A stretch of 64,000 bases of DNA. Origin: a virus. Lineage: Duplodnaviria; Caudoviricetes. Shown here piece after piece: positions 1 to 8,718 of the stretch. Positions within the stretch are counted from its first letter, which is position 1. Every line of letters begins with the position of its first letter. Where the stretch lies: IMG/VR virus record IMGVR_UViG_3300009103_000025, positions 1,500 to 65,499 of that record; one strand, written 5' to 3'. A model generated the notes under the pieces. It had not been told where the DNA came from and searched no databases. It saw nothing but the letters and a program-made list of their open reading frames with translations. The translations under genes and the position numbers were made by a program.

Positions 1-200
1 TGTGTATCTTGTTTCTTGTCTAACTCTCTCATTTGGTCAGCCTCCATTTCTTTATATTCCCATAATTCTTTAGCATTTATAATTAAAGTACCTTGAACTC
101 TAAATAAGCATCTAAGTAAGTCTTTATGTGAGTGGTCACCAAATAACTCATTACAAGCGTAACAACGCTCTTTTTTGATAGTGTTAGTCCCTATCGTCAT
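1..200 (-). CDS. Small Cys/His protein, partial (runs off the window edge)
   Basis: Hand translation MTIGTNTIKKERCYACNELFGDHSHKDLLRC...; not in the ORF track; overlaps the end of the upstream gene. Confidence 0.6.
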   Translation of the reverse strand, partial: MTIGTNTIKKERCYACNELFGDHSHKDLLRCLFRVQGTLIINAKELWEYKEMEADQMRELDKKQDT

Positions 201-345
201 GATACGTTCCTCCATCTATATTTCTTAACCCCTCTTCCTCATCTTGTTTGGCATGTACGTCTCTGATATGCTGTAAGACATCATCGAATGTTTCAAAGTC
301 TTTTCGTTCACAATATATACAATGTTTGATGTCATCATATGGCAT
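184..345 (-). CDS. C2H2 zinc-finger mini-protein
   Basis: CIYC-x12-HIRDVH motif; start moved to MPYDD (345) to avoid overlap with the upstream gene. Confidence 0.65.
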   Translation of the reverse strand: MPYDDIKHCIYCERKDFETFDDVLQHIRDVHAKQDEEEGLRNIDGGTYHDDRD

Positions 346-370
346 ACATTCGAAATTACGTGGTAGCAAC

Positions 371-553
371 TTATATACCTTGTTGTATGGTATCAGGTGA
401 ATATTGATTCTTGTTAAAGTCTCCAATCTGTTTCATATATTTAGATGTATAATCATTATAGAACCAAAGTGCAATCATAACAGCACCTACTGGCAGTAAG
501 AAGCCTGTACATGCGAAGAATATACCTAGGTATAGCATCCAATTAGGGCTCAT
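371..553 (-). CDS. Small membrane protein
   Basis: Hydrophobic N-terminus WMLYLGIFFACTGFLLPVGAVMIALWF; ATGA overlap with the 550-684 ORF. Confidence 0.65.
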   Translation of the reverse strand: MSPNWMLYLGIFFACTGFLLPVGAVMIALWFYNDYTSKYMKQIGDFNKNQYSPDTIQQGI

Positions 554-684
554 TTGTTGAGTTCCTCCTTGATTTTCCATAGGTCGTTTTGAACTCGCTG
601 GAAATCTCGGAGACAGAGTTGAATCTTGTCGCTTATCTGAGCCAGCCGTATGTTAACGTCGACAGACTGATTTATCTTATCCAT
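550..684 (-). CDS. 44-aa helical hypothetical protein
   Basis: Hand translation MDKINQSVDVNIRLAQISDKIQLCLRDFQRVQNDLWKIKEELNK; ATG lies 40 nt from the GTTAGTAAGCCTTA promoter. Confidence 0.6.
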   Translation of the reverse strand: MDKINQSVDVNIRLAQISDKIQLCLRDFQRVQNDLWKIKEELNK

Positions 685-706
685 ACATACTAGACGTACG
701 AACCAC

Positions 707-724
707 TTAATAAGGCTTACTAAC
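707..724 (-). promoter_or_regulatory. GTTAGTAA-type promoter
   Basis: Minus strand reads GTTAGTAAGCCTTATTAA, matching the genome-wide motif. Confidence 0.75.
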
Positions 725-767
725 GCACACCAATCCCAAAAAAAATTCGCCCTTCGGGCTCATAGAA

Positions 768-947
768 TTAGTCTTCTTCATGTACTTTTGTTTCTTGCAG
801 TTCTTTCATTTTGTCCTCTGCTAGGAACGTCAGTTTCCAGAACGTACGTTTGTGTTCGAGAGGCATCTCCGTTAACGCTCGTTTTCCGAATGTACCTTCA
901 AACCAACTTAATATTACATTATAGTCTTCAGGTTCAAGTTCTACCAT
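768..947 (-). CDS. 59-aa hypothetical protein
   Basis: Hand translation MVELEPEDYNVILSWFEGTFGK...KVHEED; followed by a small hairpin and T-tract. Confidence 0.7.
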   Translation of the reverse strand: MVELEPEDYNVILSWFEGTFGKRALTEMPLEHKRTFWKLTFLAEDKMKELQETKVHEED

Positions 948-1002
948 AGTTTGTTATCTTCGACATAACTAATAAGTATATCTGTTTATATAGGGGGTGA
1001 TC

Positions 1003-1105
1003 GTGTAGCTGGCTCGCAACACCAGACCTTCGTGGCTCTTATCTCATGTCCGTGTGAACACATAGAGATTTACCATTCGACGTGCTCTCGCTCACACTAC
1101 TACAC
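1003..1105 (-). ncRNA. Candidate structured ncRNA 1
   Basis: GC-richer intergenic segment closed by GTGTAG/CTACAC, with nested stems; two G-U pairs favour the minus strand. Confidence 0.45.
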
Positions 1106-1146
1106 AATATAGGAATCTTTTAATATGTTTATATGTATTTGTTCTT

Positions 1147-1272
1147 ATGGCAGACAAAATCATAGAATCTGAGAAACCTCAAGAGAAAGTAGAAAAGAAG
1201 GTAAGTAAGTCTTCTTGTGCATGTACTGGGTCTAGAAACATAGATTGTTCAGAACATGGTGACAAAAACTAG
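1147..1272 (+). CDS. 41-aa Cys/His mini-protein
   Basis: MADKIIESEKPQEKVEKKVSKSSCACTGSRNIDCSEHGDKN; TTTTAATA box 29 nt upstream. Confidence 0.55.
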   Translation: MADKIIESEKPQEKVEKKVSKSSCACTGSRNIDCSEHGDKN

Positions 1273-1322
1273 ACAAAAACGTTACATAATGTTTATATAA
1301 TGGGGTTATTAAGTCTTACTAT

Positions 1323-3329
1323 ATGGGATTTAAAGACACTCTAAGTGCATTTGCATCTAGATTTACCAATAAATCAACAACCGAAGGTACTACAAGACCT
1401 TCTATAGCAACACCATACATGAGCACTGATACAGGTGCTAAATTACCAATTTTCCCATTTCCTCTCATAATGATTTATGAGTTAGCAGATAACATAGATG
1501 CATTAAGAATACCTATTGAAACTCTAAACAGAGAAATGTTCAAGAATGGATTTGAGGTTGTAGAGAAATGGAAGTTTAAATGTGAGAATTGTGGAAAAGA
1601 ATTCCAATACAAACCAATCAAAGGAGACCATAAAGATGAACAACCATTTGAACAAAACGCAGATAATGAATCACAATCATTACCAAGAAATGATGCTAAA
1701 AAGGCTATTGCACATGAACTAAATGAATCAGAAGAGATGGAATGTGATACATGTGGTAGTGATAAATTATTAAGACCTATACCAGAAAATAGGAAAAAAT
1801 TAGAGAATTTACTCGTAAATCCTATCAATGGAAACGAACAAACCCTAGAAGATTTAGCAAGACAGTTAGAGAGAGATTTAGAAATTGCAGATAATGCATA
1901 TTGTTTAGTACTTAAGAATTATAAAATTGATGATAGAACTGGTAAGATTAATCATGAACAATCTGAAGTAAAAGAGTTACTTAGAATAGACCCCCCACAA
2001 GTCGCTTTAATTGCAGACTCTGATGGAAGAATTGGTTATGATGATAAGAGAAACAAAGTGTTTGTATGTCCTAGATTTGAACACCGAGATAGAAGATTAA
2101 ATGTACCAAAATGTGATAGATGTGGTGCAGAAGCATTAAAGGCAGTTATTGAAGTTAACTCAGTTTATTCAATCGGTATACCACAACCAAAACGTGTAGT
2201 ATATGGTGAAGGTGAAGTTATTTGGAAAGCAGGCAAATACAAACCATCATTGCTCTATGGGTACTCTCCAATATACTCTATTTGGTCAAAAGCAATGTCC
2301 TTATCCCATATGGATGAGTATATTAGAAAATACTTTGATAAGATGAGACCTCCAAGAGGTATGTTAGTTATTGCATCTCGTAACTATGAGACATTTAGGA
2401 AATCTTGGGATGTTTTAGAACAAAAAGCAACCGAAGACCCATACATGATACACCCATTATTGGTTGAATCAGACAAAGGAGGTAAGAATATGGCTCAATG
2501 GATTGATTTCACTGGTAGTTTGAAGGAATTAGAGTTTACTGAGATAAGAAGAGAGATTAGAATGATAATCGGAGCCGTTTTTGGCGTTCTACCATTATAC
2601 TTTGGTGAATTACCAAGTGGATGGAGTCAAGAAGGACTACAAGTTACTATCACTAACCGTGCAATTAAATGGGGTCAAGACATTTTAGCACAAGCATTTT
2701 TGAGAAAGTTCGCAAAATTATTAGAAGTTGATGATTGGGAGTTAAGATTAAAAGGTGGAGAAGAGAACGACAAACTCAGAGACCTACAAATACAAGGGGT
2801 TGAAATACAAAACATGGCAGCTATGCAAGGAATGGGCTTTGAAGTTACAAGAACACACACTGGTGAGTTCAAAGTATCTAAAAATCCAATTATTAACCCT
2901 ACAATGATGATGTTAGAGAGTAATAATGACGATGAAAAACCAAATACAAGTGGTTCAAAAGGTCGTGGTAGAGGCACAGCAGCTCCAAAAGAAGACCAAC
3001 AAGAAATAGACGGTAAACCAAAGAAACAAAGACCATCTGATAAGGGTGGAATTGGTCAAGGAGCACCAGCTAGTGGTAAAGGTACATCACAATCTAAGAA
3101 AGCAGACTTACAACCATACTTAGAACCTAGAAGATTCCCAGATGGAATCACACCAGCAAACTTCGAGATAGTAAAATCAACACTTCAAAGTGCAATAGAC
3201 TTCGATTGGACAAAGAAAAAGACTGTTGATGAGTTAAGAACCAAGGCAAACATGACAGTTAGACAAGCACGTGAAATAGTTAAACAAGAATTAGCAGATA
3301 CTAAAAGATGGGAAGAAGAAGAATTTTAG
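1323..3329 (+). CDS. Portal protein with zinc-ribbon insertions
   Basis: Portal-like segments (DLEIADNAY, YGYSPI, YIRKYF..PRGML, IGAVFGVLP); first gene of the head module; CxxC pairs. Confidence 0.85.
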   Translation: MGFKDTLSAFASRFTNKSTTEGTTRPSIATPYMSTDTGAKLPIFPFPLIMIYELADNIDALRIPIETLNREMFKNGFEVVEKWKFKCENCGKEFQYKPIKGDHKDEQPFEQNADNESQSLPRNDAKKAIAHELNESEEMECDTCGSDKLLRPIPENRKKLENLLVNPINGNEQTLEDLARQLERDLEIADNAYCLVLKNYKIDDRTGKINHEQSEVKELLRIDPPQVALIADSDGRIGYDDKRNKVFVCPRFEHRDRRLNVPKCDRCGAEALKAVIEVNSVYSIGIPQPKRVVYGEGEVIWKAGKYKPSLLYGYSPIYSIWSKAMSLSHMDEYIRKYFDKMRPPRGMLVIASRNYETFRKSWDVLEQKATEDPYMIHPLLVESDKGGKNMAQWIDFTGSLKELEFTEIRREIRMIIGAVFGVLPLYFGELPSGWSQEGLQVTITNRAIKWGQDILAQAFLRKFAKLLEVDDWELRLKGGEENDKLRDLQIQGVEIQNMAAMQGMGFEVTRTHTGEFKVSKNPIINPTMMMLESNNDDEKPNTSGSKGRGRGTAAPKEDQQEIDGKPKKQRPSDKGGIGQGAPASGKGTSQSKKADLQPYLEPRRFPDGITPANFEIVKSTLQSAIDFDWTKKKTVDELRTKANMTVRQAREIVKQELADTKRWEEEEF

Positions 3330-3397
3330 ACCCCACTAAAATAGATGCACAAGTTGAGGAGAAATCCTTATATATGGCGAAATATGACCATAATGTA

Positions 3398-3739
3398 ATG
3401 GTAGTATTTAGTAGAAAAAACAAAGATAAGATTCCAACCACTGACGACGCAAGAAAAACAAGATTACCTAGTGGTTCAAAAGTCAGATCAACTAAAGAAT
3501 CAGCAGATAGAGCCTTAAAGGCAGCTGAAGAGAAAGCCAAAAGAACAGAAGAGTTTAAGAAGAGACAACAATCACCAAGAATAACAAACGTTTATTCAGC
3601 CGACTTTTCAAATATAGACGAAGTTCTTGAAGATTGTAAAAAACACTCACGTGAGCAAGGTGTAAACGACTATGCATGTAAGAATATTTATTCTGCATTA
3701 GCTGAAGCACTAAGAAAAATAAAACTCGCACAAAAATAA
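3398..3739 (+). CDS. Hypothetical protein (head module)
   Basis: ORF 3308-3739; start moved to MVVFSRK, 30 nt after AAATCCTTATATA. Confidence 0.65.
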   Translation: MVVFSRKNKDKIPTTDDARKTRLPSGSKVRSTKESADRALKAAEEKAKRTEEFKKRQQSPRITNVYSADFSNIDEVLEDCKKHSREQGVNDYACKNIYSALAEALRKIKLAQK

Positions 3740-4180
3740 TTGGCAACTAAACTAAACGTTGATACTGGAGGAGAATATGTCGGTAAAAAACTCTGGGAGA
3801 ATCATCAAGCTAATGAATATACACGTGTAAACAACTACAAAGAAGGTGTTTGCTTAAATTGTCTTAAAGTTGATGCAGTTTCAGCAACAATAGTAACAAT
3901 TTGTGGTGATTGCGCTGGTAAAAGAGGTAGAGAACCACTTTTAGCCAAAGTTTCAGATAAAATGTATGGTCTTTGTTACTTTTGTGGTGAACATAAGTTC
4001 CATATTGAAGAAATTAACGGTAGATTCTGTCATCCATGTCATAGAAAGATAGCAGATGTCACAAAACAGTATAATAAAAAGGGTGGATTATTCGGAAATC
4101 CATTTTGGGAGAGAATTAAGAAGAAAAACGGTAAAGATTGGAGACAAATTATGTCTCAAAACCTAGGCAATAGGAGATAG
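3740..4180 (+). CDS. Cys-rich zinc-binding protein
   Basis: Four CxxC pairs; TTG start directly after the upstream stop. Confidence 0.75.
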   Translation: MATKLNVDTGGEYVGKKLWENHQANEYTRVNNYKEGVCLNCLKVDAVSATIVTICGDCAGKRGREPLLAKVSDKMYGLCYFCGEHKFHIEEINGRFCHPCHRKIADVTKQYNKKGGLFGNPFWERIKKKNGKDWRQIMSQNLGNRR

Positions 4181-4630
4181 AAGAATAAATTCTATTCTTT
4201 GGGCTTTTACATTAAAGAATTTTAAAGACCAATCGATTTTACAATCCTTTTTAGGTCTGTCACCCCAAAATCTACCTACTTTAAAGAATACTTTTGGTTT
4301 TCTCATTCTTTTTTTAAAGAACATTATGTTATCTGTCTTTGGGTCAAATCTAACTTCATCATATTTTACTAATCTTTCATCACCAGTAAGATATTGATGG
4401 ATATTATTTTTTTGATAACATGTTATTGACCTTGAAGTATCTGGTCTATCAAAAAACTTCTCTATATCTACAACACACATTATTTTATGATCATCACTAT
4501 CTGGGTTTCTAACATAAATATCACATAAATCTAATGATGCTTCATTAACATCAGCCTTATCTGACACCATGTGACCATTTCTTTTCACATATTCAGATAT
4601 TGTATCATAAACATGCACTGATATTCCCAT
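4163..4630 (-). CDS. Hypothetical protein, opposite in orientation to the head module
   Basis: 155-aa ORF; probable start MGISVHV 30 nt from the palindromic TATA. Confidence 0.7.
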   Translation of the reverse strand: MGISVHVYDTISEYVKRNGHMVSDKADVNEASLDLCDIYVRNPDSDDHKIMCVVDIEKFFDRPDTSRSITCYQKNNIHQYLTGDERLVKYDEVRFDPKTDNIMFFKKRMRKPKVFFKVGRFWGDRPKKDCKIDWSLKFFNVKAQRIEFILLSPIA

Positions 4631-4647
4631 AGTCACCAAAAGCATAT

Positions 4648-4661
4648 CTTTATTAATAAAG
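4648..4661. promoter_or_regulatory. Palindromic bidirectional TATA box
   Basis: CTTTATTAATAAAG is a perfect palindrome, 29-30 nt from each divergent ATG. Confidence 0.65.
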
Positions 4662-4677
4662 CTTTCGGATTTATTAT

Positions 4678-4893
4678 ATGGATGACGAAGGCACAGAAAT
4701 GTGTGATTGTGGTAAAAAACGTTATGGTTATTTTGCAGACGCTGGATTCATATTTGTATGTTTTGCGTGTGGTAGGTTCAAATGTGAAGGATTCTCACCA
4801 GAGATGGAACAGTTCTTTAAGGATGAACCAGCAGTGATTCTACAGTTAATACAAGACGGTGTATTCAAATCATTATCAGATATAAAAGAGTGA
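4678..4893 (+). CDS. Small zinc-ribbon protein
   Basis: CDCG...CFACG. Confidence 0.7.
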   Translation: MDDEGTEMCDCGKKRYGYFADAGFIFVCFACGRFKCEGFSPEMEQFFKDEPAVILQLIQDGVFKSLSDIKE

Positions 4894-4930
4894 TCTTAAT
4901 CCTTAAATAAGATAGCCTATTATTGTTCTT

Positions 4931-5173
4931 ATGATAGAAAGCATATTCGAAGAGATAATAGTGGCAATAGCTTTGGCAGTCGGTGGTGTATTATTCGCTT
5001 TCTTTAGAAAAATGGCTAGTACCCAAAAAGACCTTTGTAATAAGGTGACAGACCTCCAAAAAGCCCTCATTATTTTAGCAACTGCTTTAGACCGTCAAAC
5101 TAACCGTATTCATGAAGAGGCTGATTCTGATTTAGAGGATTTAGTCAGTAAGGTTATAAATGATTCAGAATAA
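4931..5173 (+). CDS. Single-TM membrane protein with coiled coil
   Basis: N-terminal hydrophobic helix followed by a heptad pattern. Confidence 0.75.
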   Translation: MIESIFEEIIVAIALAVGGVLFAFFRKMASTQKDLCNKVTDLQKALIILATALDRQTNRIHEEADSDLEDLVSKVINDSE

Positions 5174-5213
5174 TAATCAAAATGTTTATATAATTGGATC
5201 TAGGTGAGCTATT

Positions 5214-5474
5214 ATGGTAGATCCAGTACTTATAACAGTTGGAGCAGCTGTAATTGGTGCAGGGTTAAACACACTCCGAGGTTACCTACATCGAACAGAT
5301 GAATCTTTCTCTGCAAGGAAACTCGCTGGTGCTTTAATCGTCTCTACTTTCGCAGCTTTGGCTATAGGACAAACCTTAGCCGTTGAGGGAGTAGGAACCG
5401 TAGGACTAGCCTTAATTGGTTTGACCACAGGTTTCGCATCTGACTTTGCAGTCTCCAAAGCAAAAAAAGAGTAA
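5214..5474 (+). CDS. Holin-like 3-TM membrane protein
   Basis: 86 aa, three hydrophobic helices, basic C-terminus; function inferred from topology only. Confidence 0.55.
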   Translation: MVDPVLITVGAAVIGAGLNTLRGYLHRTDESFSARKLAGALIVSTFAALAIGQTLAVEGVGTVGLALIGLTTGFASDFAVSKAKKE

Positions 5475-5550
5475 AAGTAACCAAAAATTACATAATACCT
5501 CAACCCTTTTTTATTTAAAACTTTAAATATACGCATGTATAGAGATATAT

Positions 5551-6759
5551 ATGGACAAAATAGGTAAATTATTGACCAAATCCATGACAGTGTTAGATGC
5601 CACTGATGAGAATAGGTTTTTCGAAGGATATCTAACAGTAGAAATGAAGGATAAACAAGGAGAATTAACAATAGTAGATGAATTATACAAAGTATTACCA
5701 ATTTGGATGGATAGAGGAGCACCTATCACAGATACACATTCTAACAGAGTAGTAGGAAAAGGCATTAATTTTATGAAAACAGAATTCACACATGATGGTG
5801 AAACATTCCCAGCAATCAAAATAACTGGTAAAATACATAAGAATTATGAATTAGATGAAGATATCTGGATGAAGATAAAATCAGGCGAATATAAAGGTCT
5901 ATCGTTCGGTGGAGCCACAAAGGCTGATAGAACACCAAAAATCATGAAAGATGGCGATGTAGCTTATGCACTGACAGATCTCGAACATTATGAGGTAGCA
6001 GTATGTAAAGACCCAGCAGTACCATTAGCATTAATTACAGATTATAATCCATTAGCAAAAGCAACAATACCATCAGAACCTAGAGGAGATGGTAAAGAAA
6101 TTATCAAATGTGATAAATTTGGTTGTTATGTTGATAAGGTTCAACACACATCAGTAGACTTTTCTAATGCTGACGGAGACAGTAATCATGCTCAAGCAAC
6201 ACAGACAATAGATTCTGGAGGCATGGGTAAGAACGCAAAACCAGTAAAAATGCCAGAATTAGACTCTATTAACACATTGGAGGAAGTTACGGAGTTGGAT
6301 GGTGGTATAAAGGAAAATAAGCCTACTTTAGTTAAAAATGAGAGTCCAGCCCAGACTGGAACTGGTGGTGGGATTAGACCAGCACCTGATACAAACCAAT
6401 CTAATCAAGATGACCCAGATAAACAAACAGCACAAAATACAACTACAATAACACCTGTAAATCAAGCAGTACCAGCAATATTAGCTGCTGTAGGTAGAGG
6501 TGCAGCTACTGTAGGTAGAGCAGTAGCAGAAGGTGCTGGAGACTTTGCAGAAGGAGCAGCTAAAGAAACTGGTCATGAAATAAAAGAAGAAGTTGAAGAA
6601 AAAATTGCAAGTATTACAATTTTACACCGTGTAAAAGAAGAACTTCTAAAAAAGAAAGCAGAACATGAAAAATCTGCATATCAAACAGAAGATGGTAATG
6701 AAAAACTTGGTGGACAAGCAGAACCAGAAGATGCAATTAATCAAGTAAATAGAGAATAA
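5551..6759 (+). CDS. Prohead (capsid maturation) protease with disordered C-terminal extension
   Basis: FEGYLTVEMKDKQGE, DTHSNRVVGK, YKGLSFGG and EVAVCKDPA motifs typical of HK97-type/XkdF-like proteases. Confidence 0.85.
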   Translation: MDKIGKLLTKSMTVLDATDENRFFEGYLTVEMKDKQGELTIVDELYKVLPIWMDRGAPITDTHSNRVVGKGINFMKTEFTHDGETFPAIKITGKIHKNYELDEDIWMKIKSGEYKGLSFGGATKADRTPKIMKDGDVAYALTDLEHYEVAVCKDPAVPLALITDYNPLAKATIPSEPRGDGKEIIKCDKFGCYVDKVQHTSVDFSNADGDSNHAQATQTIDSGGMGKNAKPVKMPELDSINTLEEVTELDGGIKENKPTLVKNESPAQTGTGGGIRPAPDTNQSNQDDPDKQTAQNTTTITPVNQAVPAILAAVGRGAATVGRAVAEGAGDFAEGAAKETGHEIKEEVEEKIASITILHRVKEELLKKKAEHEKSAYQTEDGNEKLGGQAEPEDAINQVNRE

Positions 6760-6820
6760 TATCCTATATAAAAAATGACGAAATCTTTATATAGTGACTA
6801 TATATAGTTTTATTAATAAC

Positions 6821-7429
6821 ATGGTCGAAGAAGACAATTCTAACACACAAGTTGAAGAGGTTTCTACATCTAATGTAGAAAAATCAGACAACGAAGTTGA
6901 AAAGTCTTTCCAAGAATCTGTTAAATCAGGTTTTGATACATTGACCGAAGTAGTTCAATCTATCGCTGAAACACAAAAAGCAACACAAGAAACTTTGAGT
7001 GGTTTAGACAACAGATTGAAAGCTTTGGAAACCCCTACCGACTTGCCACTTACCCCAAAAGGTACAGCTGCAAGTGAGGATGTAGGAGCAAAAGTTACTG
7101 TACCAGACACCTATCAATCAAACTCAGTGCAAGCTGGATTAGATGACGATAGATCTGGAGACAAAAAACCAAGCTCAGACAAAGGTGGTTTGAAGATGCA
7201 ACAAAAATCAGACGATACAGAATTAATCGAGAAAGCAGAGCATACTTTCTCAACTGAAACTCCAAGACCAAATGCAGCTTTAGAAACTGTTGACAAATCC
7301 TTTAAAGATGAGTCATTGATTCTCAAAGACGCAAGAGCAAATGGAGCAGAAGGTTTGAGTCAAGTAGCTCGTGATATCCTCGCTGGAAAGTACTACATGC
7401 CTTCAGAAGACGAAGTAGGAGCATATTAA
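6821..7429 (+). CDS. Capsid scaffolding protein (putative)
   Basis: Acidic, coiled-coil, between protease and MCP; start at MVEED. Confidence 0.7.
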   Translation: MVEEDNSNTQVEEVSTSNVEKSDNEVEKSFQESVKSGFDTLTEVVQSIAETQKATQETLSGLDNRLKALETPTDLPLTPKGTAASEDVGAKVTVPDTYQSNSVQAGLDDDRSGDKKPSSDKGGLKMQQKSDDTELIEKAEHTFSTETPRPNAALETVDKSFKDESLILKDARANGAEGLSQVARDILAGKYYMPSEDEVGAY

Positions 7430-7430
7430 A

Positions 7431-8657
7431 TTGGTTCAAGTCAAAACAATCGATGAGCTTGAAGCACTCTATTATGGACACAACAGAAATCTCCTCCGTA
7501 AAGCAGACGCACCAGTTGTAACAAGTACAGCAGGCACATTCAACGCTATTTTTGGCGCATATGCATGGGCACAGCTTAACCTTGAAGCAAACGCCTTCGG
7601 TATTTTACCTAAATACCCATGGGACAAGTCTGGATGGAGGGTCATAACTGCAAAACCTTCTCTAGCAGCTAATACCAATCAAACGGCATTAGGTGGTACA
7701 GTAGAAGGTGGAGTTATTGCAGATACAATCAAACCAACATTGAAAGAAATCGATGTTAGACCAAAGACAGCACAGTTACCTTTCAGTGCATCAGAGGTTA
7801 TGGAATGGTTAGCAACACACTCTAAAGACGACATTTGGGGAGGACTTGGTTCACTCCGTTTGTTCATGGCAGTACAACACAAAGAGTTCCTAAACAGAAT
7901 GCTTTTGGCAGATGTGGAGAAAGAAGCAGCTGATGCTGGTGGTTCCAACGACAACGGTGGAACTAAAGACTTCGAAACTCTCGATAGAATCATTTCAAGT
8001 GATGCTGAAGAAGATGCATTAGGTGGTAGTTCTGCAAAGTACTATAATCCTTGGGCAGCTAACGCAGACATCGACAGAGATGGAGCTAGCGAATTTGATT
8101 CTACTGTAGAATCAGCTTCTGGTACAATAGGCACCAATGGAGTCCTTACTGACGATACATTACGTACTTTCTTAAGAAAGATACGCATTGCAGCTGGTAA
8201 AGATCCAAACGTATTCCTCGGTTCCCACGAAGTATACTCTGAAATCCAAGGTTTGTATATGCCTTCAGTCCGTATTCCAAATCCATACGGTGAAGCACTC
8301 GTACAAGTCGACGTAAATGGAATTCAAAGTTTCAAAGGAACAGGTGTAGGTATTCACGTAGATTCAATCTATGGAATCCCATTCATCCCATCAAAGGATG
8401 CACCAAGCAACTCAGCCGACTCAGCAGAAATCGGTAGATTATTCGCATTAGATACTTCTGATGCAGAAGGCTACGGATATCCAAGAATCGGAATTCAAAT
8501 TGCTATTCCAACAGAATACTACGAAGCAACTCGAAGAACCCCTGCATACCCATTCGTAAACAATGCATTTGTTGAGAAAGGTGTATTCAGAACTATGGGT
8601 GAAACAGTCTGTAGACACTTCAAATCACAAGGTAAGATTAGAGATATTAAACTTTAG
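7431..8657 (+). CDS. Major capsid protein (HK97 fold)
   Basis: 408 aa; position after the scaffold; strongly biased codons; TTG start preceded by GTAGGAG; T-tract terminator follows. Confidence 0.85.
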   Translation: MVQVKTIDELEALYYGHNRNLLRKADAPVVTSTAGTFNAIFGAYAWAQLNLEANAFGILPKYPWDKSGWRVITAKPSLAANTNQTALGGTVEGGVIADTIKPTLKEIDVRPKTAQLPFSASEVMEWLATHSKDDIWGGLGSLRLFMAVQHKEFLNRMLLADVEKEAADAGGSNDNGGTKDFETLDRIISSDAEEDALGGSSAKYYNPWAANADIDRDGASEFDSTVESASGTIGTNGVLTDDTLRTFLRKIRIAAGKDPNVFLGSHEVYSEIQGLYMPSVRIPNPYGEALVQVDVNGIQSFKGTGVGIHVDSIYGIPFIPSKDAPSNSADSAEIGRLFALDTSDAEGYGYPRIGIQIAIPTEYYEATRRTPAYPFVNNAFVEKGVFRTMGETVCRHFKSQGKIRDIKL

Positions 8658-8668
8658 TCAAATACCAA

Positions 8669-8685
8669 CCCCTTTTTTCTTTTTT
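8669..8685 (+). terminator. Archaeal-type T-tract terminator
   Basis: CCCCTTTTTTCTTTTTT immediately after the MCP stop. Confidence 0.7.
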
Positions 8686-8718
8686 AATCTTTATATATAG
8701 GTAATCCTAGGCATATAT

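Noticed and set aside
1003-1105. tRNA gene
   Set aside because: No cloverleaf with correctly placed D and T arms; no tRNA was recognised elsewhere either, though tRNAscan-SE was not run
1560-2130. Intein in the portal (also considered for MCM, RadA and TerL)
   Set aside because: No C-terminal HN-[CST] splice junction or homing-endonuclease motifs seen; MCM, RadA and TerL are of normal length
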